Of a DNA stretch of 56,909 nt, positions 9,631 to 16,922 are shown in pieces (within the stretch, counting starts at the first letter, position 1; each line of letters starts with the position of its first letter). This DNA comes from a bacterium. Its GTDB lineage: Bacteria > Patescibacteriota > Patescibacteriia > Patescibacteriales > Patescibacteriaceae. A program made the translations under genes and the position numbers. The stretch covers positions 1 through 56,909 of the forward strand of contig DAONSQ010000001.1 in the NCBI GenBank assembly GCA_035411265.1. Reading direction: 5' to 3'. The notes below the pieces were generated by a model that saw only the letters and a program-made list of their open reading frames with translations, ran no database searches and was not told where the DNA came from.

Positions 9631-11043
9631 TTAAGCAGCTTCACGATGTTTAAGCACCGCCATTGGCGTCCGTAATAATATCTTGATATCACGAGCCAGT
9701 GACCAATTTTCAATGTAGTAAATATCCAATTTAACCTCTTCTTCAAAGCTTAAATCCGAGCGACCAGATACTTGAGCCAATCCAGTAATCCCAGGCTTAA
9801 TCGTTAAAACTTTCTTGTGATGTCGTTCATACTTGGCCACCTCTTCAGGTAAATGAGGTCTTGGGCCAACTAAGCTCATTGAACCAATAAAAACCAAAAA
9901 TAATTCAGATAGTTCATCAATACTAAAACGACGAATAAACTTGCCAACTCGAGTAACGCGTGGATCATTTTTAATCTTGACCATTGGCCCATCACCGCGC
10001 AAATTTTGATCAGCTAATTCGGTATAACGAAGACTGTCGGTTCCCGGCACCATGGAACGAAACTTGAAATAACGAAACTTTTTACCAGCTTGACCAATCC
10101 GACAGAGTGGCGAACCATCATCCAAGCGACTAAAGAAAACTGGACCAGCTGAATCAAGCTTAATGGCAATGGCTGTTAGTAAATAAATAGGACTCAAAAT
10201 AGCAATTAAAATACTTGAAACAATAATATCAAAAATACGCTTTGAAATCCGGCCCCAGCCATCAAGCGGAGTTTTTTTAACTTCAACTACTGGAATACCA
10301 GCCATTTCATCCACTTCAGTCTTCAAAACCTTAGTATCTAAAAGGTCGGCAATATATTTAAAGGTCAAATGATGCTCATCAGCAAAATCATACAACCGCA
10401 CAATTTCAGCCTTACTTAAATTGGGATCAGCCTGAATAATTTCATCAGCGGTTTTTGTTTGCAAATAATCCTCTAGTTCCTGGGCTGTTTCCAAGCTAAA
10501 ATCATCATAGTGCTTAACCACTTGATAACCACGTGAGCGATGACTAAACCATTCTTGAATCAATTTATCCGCTGAAGCGCCCCGACCAACAATGACCACT
10601 CGGTGAACTCCAATATTAAAACGAAATAATTGCTTTTGAATTAAGCGCGTAAACATTCGCGCCAAACTAACATAAGCCCAGGCAATCAACCAGCCAGCTA
10701 AAATAATAAACCGTGAAGAAAACCACTCACGAAAAAAGAAAATAAAAATAACAATTAGGCCAAAACCAGCAAAACAAGCAAAGAAAACACGATTGAGCTC
10801 TTCAAAACGCCCAATTCCGCGAGCCCGATATAGCCCGGCAATAGCAAAAATAGCTAGCCAAGCCATTGCAACAATTGATAGTGACAATAAGTACTCACCA
10901 AATGGCAAATTGTATAAGATTGGCCGAATACCAGTCGCCATATCACTGGCACGCAAATGATAAGCGGAAATACCCGCTAAAACAATCATTAAAAAATCAA
11001 CGGGAACTAGGATAAAAGAAAAAAATAATTCGCTGCGTTTCAT
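9631..11043 (-). CDS. Polyprenyl-phosphate sugar-1-phosphate transferase (bacterial sugar transferase family, WbaP/EpsB-like)
   Basis: C-terminal sugar-transferase domain (RIFDIIVSSILIAILSPIYLL..., SLVGPRPHLPEE, KPGITGLAQVSGRSDL) after an N-terminal TM bundle. Start moved from ORF-track 11115 to ATG 11043 (MKRSELFF...), because codons 1-24 of the long version lie over the conserved 3' part of RNase P RNA. Confidence 0.85.
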   Translation of the reverse strand: MKRSELFFSFILVPVDFLMIVLAGISAYHLRASDMATGIRPILYNLPFGEYLLSLSIVAMAWLAIFAIAGLYRARGIGRFEELNRVFFACFAGFGLIVIFIFFFREWFSSRFIILAGWLIAWAYVSLARMFTRLIQKQLFRFNIGVHRVVIVGRGASADKLIQEWFSHRSRGYQVVKHYDDFSLETAQELEDYLQTKTADEIIQADPNLSKAEIVRLYDFADEHHLTFKYIADLLDTKVLKTEVDEMAGIPVVEVKKTPLDGWGRISKRIFDIIVSSILIAILSPIYLLTAIAIKLDSAGPVFFSRLDDGSPLCRIGQAGKKFRYFKFRSMVPGTDSLRYTELADQNLRGDGPMVKIKNDPRVTRVGKFIRRFSIDELSELFLVFIGSMSLVGPRPHLPEEVAKYERHHKKVLTIKPGITGLAQVSGRSDLSFEEEVKLDIYYIENWSLARDIKILLRTPMAVLKHREAA

Positions 11044-11060
11044 ATTAGTTTTAAAATTGT

Positions 11061-11448
11061 TGATCGACGGCCAGCTATAAGCCGGATTCTGTATCCCTAA
11101 AGGGACGGCAGCCATTTATCTTGGCCACTAATTGCTCAGTGGCTCCAGCGAGCTACTTTCTCTTCCGGCAAGCCAGAAGTTTGCTCTTGCTCCAGATAGG
11201 GTTTACCACAACCAATCATCACTGATTGGCGACAGCTGTAGCTACGGCAAGCCGCAACACCAACTGACTTTTCACCTTTGACGGTATAACCGCTAGTATT
11301 GTCTCTGTGGCACTTTCCCTACGCCGGCTTTGCAGTCGACGCGGCGGGCGTTACCCGTTATCACGACAGAGCGCCGAAGCACTCAGGGAGTCCGGACTTT
11401 CCTCTGTTTAGTAAACTAAACAGCGGCTGCCCACTGGCTGTCTGATCT
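11061..11448 (-). ncRNA. rnpB: RNase P RNA, bacterial type A
   Basis: The minus strand carries the universal motifs in the correct order: CAGAGGAAAGUCCGGACUC (P4 5' strand, ~11385..11403), GGGUAACGCCC, GGGAAAGUGCCACAGAGA, GGUAAACCCUAUCUGGAGCAAG, AGAUAAAUGGCUGCCG and ACAGAAUCCGGCUUAU (P4 3' strand, ~11078..11093). There is also a P3 hairpin CUGUUUAGU-UU-ACUAAACAG and P1 pairing GAUCAGAC / GUCGAUC at the two ends. End coordinates are +/- a few nt. Confidence 0.93.
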
Positions 11449-11454
11449 AATTTC

Positions 11455-11482
11455 ATTATACCGCCCTAAAGGTTTTAGTCAA
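11455..11482 (-). promoter_or_regulatory. Sigma70-type promoter for rnpB
   Basis: Minus strand TTGACT (11482..11477), 16 nt spacer, TATAAT (11460..11455). This places the start ~7 nt downstream, at the predicted RNase P RNA 5' end. Confidence 0.65.
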
Positions 11483-11483
11483 A

Positions 11484-11507
11484 TAAAAAATCAGCCTTAG
11501 GGCTGAT
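11484..11507 (-). terminator. Intrinsic terminator of the 68-aa gene
   Basis: Minus strand ATCAGCC-CTAA-GGCTGAT (11507..11490) followed by a U-run. The stop codon sits in the loop. Confidence 0.6.
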
Positions 11508-11703
11508 TGATTATCTGTCCGCTATTGATAATTACCGGATCGCCTTCGAAAGGGTGGCCGATAATCTGATTACCAGAATACTGTGGTGTCTTGATAATTG
11601 TCTGCGGCTCTGGCATAACCGGTTCTGGTTTTGACCTTAAAACCAGAATTGCTAGAAAAATAATCGCTAGTCCGTAAATAATATTAATTATTTTTTGTCC
11701 CAT
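11497..11703 (-). CDS. Hypothetical small membrane-anchored protein
   Basis: 68-aa ORF with ATG start. N-terminal TM helix (IINIIYGLAIIFLAILVL) and a Pro-rich tail. Has its own terminator. No family recognised. Confidence 0.55.
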   Translation of the reverse strand: MGQKIINIIYGLAIIFLAILVLRSKPEPVMPEPQTIIKTPQYSGNQIIGHPFEGDPVIINSGQIINQP

Positions 11704-11716
11704 ATAAAATGTTTAG

Positions 11717-11790
11717 TGGACGCAACAGGATTCGAACCTGTGACCTTACGGATGTGAACCGTACGCTCTAACCAACTGAGCTATGCATCC
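11717..11790 (-). tRNA. tRNA-Val (anticodon CAC)
   Basis: The reverse complement folds as a cloverleaf: GGATGCA / TGCGTCC acceptor, GCTC-AGTTGGTTA-GAGC D arm, TACGG-TTCACAT-CCGTA anticodon arm, ACAGG-TTCGAAT-CCTGT T arm. No encoded CCA. Confidence 0.92.
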
Positions 11791-11810
11791 TGAAACCCCT
11801 CCTATAAAAA

Positions 11811-12230
11811 CTATTGGCCTCGATCCATGGCTTCATTAGCCAGTTCATCAGCTCTTTTATTAAGAGCTCGAGGAATATGTTTAAAAACTATTTTCGCAAA
11901 ACCTTTGGCTAGTGTCGTAGCCATCTCATAAAGCGGCTTTAACTCTGGATGTTTAACCTTATATTCACCGCGCAATTGCTTAACTACTAGTTCGCTATCC
12001 AGCCGGCACTCTAATTCTTTGACTCCTAGAGCTTGTGCCTGTTTTAAAGCCAGCAGCAAAGCTCGATATTCAGCTTGATTATTAGTGGTACTACCCAAAA
12101 ATTCCGACCATTCACCGACGGTTTGACCATCAAGAGTAGTCAGCACTGCCCCGATACCAGCCGGACCAGGATTGCCGCGAGCTCCACCATCAGTAAAGCT
12201 AATTAATTGTTCTGGTAAAATTTTACTCAT
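11811..12230 (-). CDS. rnhA: Ribonuclease HI family protein
   Basis: 139 aa. FTDGGARGNPGPAGIGAVL and NNQAEYRALLLAL...D motifs of type 1 RNase H. Confidence 0.85.
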   Translation of the reverse strand: MSKILPEQLISFTDGGARGNPGPAGIGAVLTTLDGQTVGEWSEFLGSTTNNQAEYRALLLALKQAQALGVKELECRLDSELVVKQLRGEYKVKHPELKPLYEMATTLAKGFAKIVFKHIPRALNKRADELANEAMDRGQ

Positions 12231-12235
12231 AAATA

Positions 12236-13951
12236 TTATTCTGCCGTTAGGCGCAAATCAATAATTTTAAGCTGGGGCTCGGCTTGGCCTTGCCAACGAT
12301 TGATATCTAAATTATACACCAAATCAATCTGATTGCCACGCTGTAAATGCTTCAAATTTTCTGCCTGGCCAAAAGCTAAAGCCCAATAACTACCTAAACG
12401 AAGCTTAATGTGTTGGCTATTAGCTCCCATAGTATTAATATCGCGAATAGTTTGGCGATAAGCCACTAGTTTTGGCTGCGGATTGGCTTGACCAAAAGGT
12501 GCTAGCTTTTCTAACCATTCAGCAGTTTCTAGGTCAATGTCTTCAATGGAAAGTTCTGCATCAATCAATAATTTTGGCCGCAAATCAAGACCAACTAGCT
12601 TAGCGGCGGCTGACTTTTTAATATTATTTAAAAAATTTGGCAGTTGCTGGACAGTCAGACTAAAACCGCAAGCACCAGCATGACCGCCATATTTCTCTAA
12701 GTCGTCTGCCACTTCTTCTAGTTGAGAAATCAAATTAAAACCTTCAACATTGCTACGACCTGAGCCTTTATAGCCATGATCACTTTTTGTGATCACTAAG
12801 ACTGGTTTAGCTAATTTTTCCGACAAACGACCAGCTACCAAACCAATAATCCCCTCGGGCCACGGTTCAGCGCCGCGGCTGACAAAGGCTAGTAAACTAT
12901 CTTCTTGCTGCAATTCCAAGAGTTCATTTAAACAATACTCAACAATAGTTTGAGTCTTTTGCTGTCGTTCAATATTTTTAATATTCAAATCTTCAGACAA
13001 CTGCGCGGCTTCCGCTTGATCAGTGGTAGTCAGTAGACGATAAGCGGCATTAGCATGATCTAGGCGACCAGCTACATTAATTCGCGGTGTTAATTGCCAA
13101 CTAATATTCCATTCATTAACATCGCCATTAATCTGGGCAACTCGAGCTAATTCGCGAAGTCCGACTCGTTGCCATTTATTCATCACTTCAATACCTTGTC
13201 GCACTAACTGACGATTTTCCCCCACCAAAGGCACACAATCAGCAATCGTTCCTAAAGCTACTAAATCGAGACAACGCTCACGCAAAGTAGCTTTTTGTTC
13301 TTCAGCAATAATTGAACGCTGCAAAATGGCTTCAACTAGCTTAAAAGAAACGCCAACACCGGCCAAATATTTACAAGGATAATTTTCCTTGAGCATAATT
13401 GGATCAATGATTGGACAATCTGGCCAATCATTAGCATCCGGCGATTCACGGTGATGATCGGTAACCACCACCTCAATGCCCTTAGCTTGAGCATAGGCCA
13501 CTTCGGCCTTGTTGCGGATACCAGTATCAACAGTAACAATCAATTTAGCCCCAGCCGCTGCTAATTCATCAATAGCCGCCTGATTGAGACCATAGCCTTC
13601 GGTTACCCGGTCTGGTAGCCAAATTTTAGTCTTACCCCTTAACGTGGCCAAAGTTTCTAGCAAAATAGTGCTAGCGGTCACGCCATCAGCATCATAATCA
13701 CCATAAACAACAATCAAGTTGCCAGCCTTAATATGCTTAACGATTATCTCGACAGCCTCATTCAATTGGCTAAGCTCACCAGCACCACAAGCCACCGGCT
13801 CTAAGCCTAAAAATTGACGAGCCGCAGTCAATTCATTTATTCCTCGATTTTTGAGAATCTTTACAATAACTTCCGGCAGGCCAAGATCGGTTAAATCACA
13901 ACCGCCCTCCAGTGAAACTGGCGCCACCTGCCAGAGGCGCTCGTCCATCAT
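12236..13951 (-). CDS. recJ: Single-stranded-DNA-specific exonuclease RecJ
   Basis: DHH (VVYGDYDADGVTAS, TVDTG, VVVTDHH) and DHHA1 (GGHAGACGFS) motifs. The ORF-track start 14014 is a TTG giving a hydrophobic 21-aa extension. I prefer ATG 13951 (MMDERLWQVAP...), which abuts the stop of a small upstream ORF. Confidence 0.88.
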   Translation of the reverse strand: MMDERLWQVAPVSLEGGCDLTDLGLPEVIVKILKNRGINELTAARQFLGLEPVACGAGELSQLNEAVEIIVKHIKAGNLIVVYGDYDADGVTASTILLETLATLRGKTKIWLPDRVTEGYGLNQAAIDELAAAGAKLIVTVDTGIRNKAEVAYAQAKGIEVVVTDHHRESPDANDWPDCPIIDPIMLKENYPCKYLAGVGVSFKLVEAILQRSIIAEEQKATLRERCLDLVALGTIADCVPLVGENRQLVRQGIEVMNKWQRVGLRELARVAQINGDVNEWNISWQLTPRINVAGRLDHANAAYRLLTTTDQAEAAQLSEDLNIKNIERQQKTQTIVEYCLNELLELQQEDSLLAFVSRGAEPWPEGIIGLVAGRLSEKLAKPVLVITKSDHGYKGSGRSNVEGFNLISQLEEVADDLEKYGGHAGACGFSLTVQQLPNFLNNIKKSAAAKLVGLDLRPKLLIDAELSIEDIDLETAEWLEKLAPFGQANPQPKLVAYRQTIRDINTMGANSQHIKLRLGSYWALAFGQAENLKHLQRGNQIDLVYNLDINRWQGQAEPQLKIIDLRLTAE

Positions 13952-13952
13952 A

Positions 13953-14069
13953 TTAAAAGCCGAGAAGCATTGTCCAAGCCACCATTGAGATAACCACAAA
14001 AGTGCTAATAACAATCCAAATAACCTTAATAACTTGGCGTCTAGTCACCTTTTTCTTGTTCTTGCTCAT
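13953..14069 (-). CDS. Candidate 38-aa single-TM protein (below ORF-track size cutoff)
   Basis: Hand translation gives MSKNKKKVTRRQVIKVIWIVISTFVVISMVAWTMLLGF*: a Lys/Arg-rich head plus one clean TM helix. Its TAA is followed by the recJ ATG (TAATATG junction). No SD, but most core genes here lack one. Confidence 0.4.
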   Translation of the reverse strand: MSKNKKKVTRRQVIKVIWIVISTFVVISMVAWTMLLGF

Positions 14070-14085
14070 ATATGAAAATAAAAAA

Positions 14086-15870
14086 TTAACGCTTTAATAA
14101 TTTAACAAAAGTTTCACTAGGAATGTCAACACTACCGCGACCCATAGCCATCATTTTATTCTTGCCTTGGCGTTGTTTTTCCAATAATTTACGCTTACGG
14201 GTGACATCACCACCATATAATTTGGCGGTAACATCTTTGCGGAAAGCCGAAATCCTTTCACCGGCCACTACTTGCCCGCCAACGGCTGCTTGCAATTTAA
14301 TCACGAACATCTGACGAGGTAAAGTGTCTTTTAAGGTTGTCACCACGTCCTTGCCGCGACGGAAAGCTTCATCACGATAAACAATCATGGCTAGCGATTC
14401 GACTAAATCTTCGGCTACTAAAATATCTAACCGCACTACATCAGCGGTCCGATAATCGAGCATTTCATAATTGATCGAACCATAACCAGAGGTAAAACTT
14501 TTCATCTTGTCATAAAAATCAGTCAAAATCATACTGAGCGGCATTTCATAATGAAGGACCACCCGAGTTTCATCTAAATACTCGGTATTGCGATAAATAC
14601 CACGCTTTTCCTGTGATAAATTCATGACTGCCCCCAAATATTCTTTAGGGGTGACAATATCTAAAGTTACCCACGGCTCTTCAATGTGCTCGATTTCAGC
14701 AGCACTCGGCAATTGCTGTGGACTGCGGATAATTTCTGCTTCATTGGTATTTTTGCGAAAAACTTTATAAGCCACGCTTGGCACGGTTACAATCAAATCT
14801 AAATTAAACTCTCGTCTTAGTCGTTCCTGAAATATTTCCAAATGAAGTAGACCTAAGAAGCCACAACGAAAACCAAAACCCAAGGCTTGTGATTGCTCTG
14901 GCTCATAAACCAAAGCAGCATCGTTTAACTTTAAACGACCCATAGCTTCGCGTAGATCCTCAAATTCATTACCTTCCTTAGGGAAAATACCAGCAAAAAC
15001 CATTGGCTTAACCTCAGAATAGCCTTTAAGCGAGGTAACTTGATCGGCTGTTTTAACTAAGGTAACCGTATCACCAACTCGACATTCACTAACTTCACGA
15101 AAACTGGTAATGATATAGCCAATTTCGCCAGTCTTTAGCTGACTGCTGGAATGATAATTGGGGTCAAAAAAACCAACATCCAAGGCTTCGCTCTCCGCCT
15201 TAGTGGCCATCAGTTTAATCTTGTCACCTTTATTAATCTGGCCATCAACCACTCTGACATAAGCGACTACCCCGCGATATTCATCATAATTGGAATCAAA
15301 AATCAACGCCCGAAGTGGTCTGTCTTCCTGACCACTCGGCCCGGGAATGGCTTCAATTACCCTTTCCAAGATTGCCTCAACGCCGACACCAGTCTTACCA
15401 GAAGCACTGATTATTTCATCTTCAGAACAGCCAAGTAGCTTGATGATTTCGGCTTTGGTTTTTTCCACATCAGCGGCTGGCAAATCAATCTTATTAATGA
15501 CTGGAATGATTGCCAAATCTTGTTCTAAGGCCAAATAAAGATTAGCCAGTGTTTGAGCTTGGATGCCCTGAGTAGCATCGACTAGCAAAATAGCGCCTTC
15601 TACTGCCGCTAAACTACGAGACACTTCATAGCTAAAATCAACATGACCCGGAGTGTCAATCAAATTGAGCTCATAGCCCTTATATTTCATGTTAACCGGG
15701 GTCAATTTGATGGTAATACCGCGCTCTCTTTCTAAATCAAGGCGATCCAACACCTGATTGGTCATTTTGCGCGGATCAATCGTGCCAGTAAATTCTAAAA
15801 GACGGTCGGCCAAAGTCGACTTACCGTGATCAATATGAGCGATAATACAAAAATTGCGGATTTTTTCCAT
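14086..15870 (-). CDS. lepA: Translation elongation factor 4 (LepA)
   Basis: 594 aa. IRNFCIIAHIDHGKSTLADRLL G1 motif, DTPGHVDF, NKIDL, and the LepA-specific C-terminal domain. Confidence 0.96.
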   Translation of the reverse strand: MEKIRNFCIIAHIDHGKSTLADRLLEFTGTIDPRKMTNQVLDRLDLERERGITIKLTPVNMKYKGYELNLIDTPGHVDFSYEVSRSLAAVEGAILLVDATQGIQAQTLANLYLALEQDLAIIPVINKIDLPAADVEKTKAEIIKLLGCSEDEIISASGKTGVGVEAILERVIEAIPGPSGQEDRPLRALIFDSNYDEYRGVVAYVRVVDGQINKGDKIKLMATKAESEALDVGFFDPNYHSSSQLKTGEIGYIITSFREVSECRVGDTVTLVKTADQVTSLKGYSEVKPMVFAGIFPKEGNEFEDLREAMGRLKLNDAALVYEPEQSQALGFGFRCGFLGLLHLEIFQERLRREFNLDLIVTVPSVAYKVFRKNTNEAEIIRSPQQLPSAAEIEHIEEPWVTLDIVTPKEYLGAVMNLSQEKRGIYRNTEYLDETRVVLHYEMPLSMILTDFYDKMKSFTSGYGSINYEMLDYRTADVVRLDILVAEDLVESLAMIVYRDEAFRRGKDVVTTLKDTLPRQMFVIKLQAAVGGQVVAGERISAFRKDVTAKLYGGDVTRKRKLLEKQRQGKNKMMAMGRGSVDIPSETFVKLLKR

Positions 15871-15940
15871 ACCCGTAGATTATATCCCCATTATGCTGGA
15901 CGAATCGTTCCAAGTCAATGGCTTTAAAGGATTTTAAAAT

Positions 15941-15965
15941 AAAAAAGAGCCCCAACCAAAGGCTC
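15941..15965 (-). terminator. Intrinsic terminator ending a minus-strand transcript just upstream of the lepA promoter region
   Basis: Minus strand GAGCC-UUUGGUUGG-GGCUC (15965..15947) followed by UUUUUU (15946..15941). Confidence 0.6.
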
Positions 15966-16355
15966 GCAAATTTAATATATTCTTAGGCGACTTTCTAGGT
16001 CAGTAGTTGATAGGTCATTACGGAAACCCTATCGGAAACCCTAGAAAAAATGCCTTAGCACTTTTGTGCTTCTTTTTGACGCGATATAATTGGTTGGGGC
16101 AAAGATTAAACGAATCTATTGATACTCTCATTCATGAGAGTCCTCCTTGTTTTGGGATTGGTTAATCGGTTAATCTTTTCCAGCTAGTGGCGCTGGCGTT
16201 TGTTTAAAAGTACATGATAGTGACTGTGTCTACGAATTCGACGCTATGTTGGCTTATTTCTTCTTTGGTGTTGCATTAAAAACACTCCTTATTGATATTT
16301 ACTCTACCAGAGGTAGGCATTTACCGTTTTACTCCTCTTTTTTAAAGCTGTCAAG
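15941..16355 (-). other. Candidate leader/sRNA locus: promoter, three SD-preceded micro-ORFs, nested helices and a terminator/anti-terminator pair
   Basis: See the finding for this region. Elements: TTGACA-17-TAAAAC; micro-ORFs 16320..16276, 16276..16244 and 16135..16106; 11-bp long-range complement 16090..16100 / 15949..15959 overlapping the terminator stem. Confidence 0.4.
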
Positions 16356-16360
16356 AGTTT

Positions 16361-16387
16361 TAAAAAAGACCATCGTTAGGATGATCT
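16361..16387 (-). terminator. Intrinsic terminator of the 153-aa orphan gene
   Basis: Minus strand AGAUCAUC-CUAAC-GAUGGUCU (16387..16367, one G-U pair) followed by UUUUUU. Confidence 0.6.
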
Positions 16388-16396
16388 TTAAACTAC

Positions 16397-16858
16397 TTAA
16401 CCAAACCTTTTATACAGCGCCCAAGGAATGGCGCACAAAAATGGTTCGATTAAATAACTCCAAACAGGATGACGCGCTCGCCGCTGCTGATCATGTCGGC
16501 TATAATCAGCACCAACAAAACGCGGATAAATTATTAGCCACGGCGCTAATCGATGCATGATGCGATAGCCGCGACGAGCCACTGGAAAAGCAATAATTAA
16601 ATAAAGATCAGCCTTTTTTAAAGACCTTACCTTTTTTAATCCTGCTTTTAGGGCTGTTAACATGGTTTGACATTCGTCGCCTGGAATAATATATAGATTT
16701 TGAGTATCTATCTTATCCATTAAATGAACGCCAATATTCTTGTCAGTAATAATGTACGGGTCGCTATAAATCTGAACATTGCGCTTAATTTTCTCGATAA
16801 TGTTCTTATTAGCTTTATAGCTATCCCCAAAAGATAAAGCGAGCAAAACTGCCCTCAT
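16397..16858 (-). CDS. Hypothetical protein (orphan, 153 aa)
   Basis: ATG start preceded by AGGAGG (16870..16865) at 6 nt. Has its own terminator. No family recognised. Confidence 0.7.
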   Translation of the reverse strand: MRAVLLALSFGDSYKANKNIIEKIKRNVQIYSDPYIITDKNIGVHLMDKIDTQNLYIIPGDECQTMLTALKAGLKKVRSLKKADLYLIIAFPVARRGYRIMHRLAPWLIIYPRFVGADYSRHDQQRRARHPVWSYLIEPFLCAIPWALYKRFG

Positions 16859-16922
16859 TTCAAACCTCCTTTTTTTACAAAGAACAGTTTACTTTTTATA
16901 ATAAAAATTGCTATTCGTCAAG

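Noticed and set aside
15941-16396. tmRNA, SRP RNA or 6S RNA in the large intergenic gap
   Set aside because: There is no tRNA-like acceptor/T-arm (GGTTCGAATCC-type) or CCA end for tmRNA. The SRP domain IV motif (GGAAG...AGCAGC hairpin) is absent. 6S has no diagnostic sequence, so it cannot be excluded, but the micro-ORFs and terminator geometry fit a leader or sRNA better.
16246-16560. 104-aa plus-strand track ORF in the lepA-upstream region
   Set aside because: It has no SD or promoter context. It overlaps the 3' part of the better-supported minus-strand 153-aa gene and its terminator, and its translation is unremarkable.
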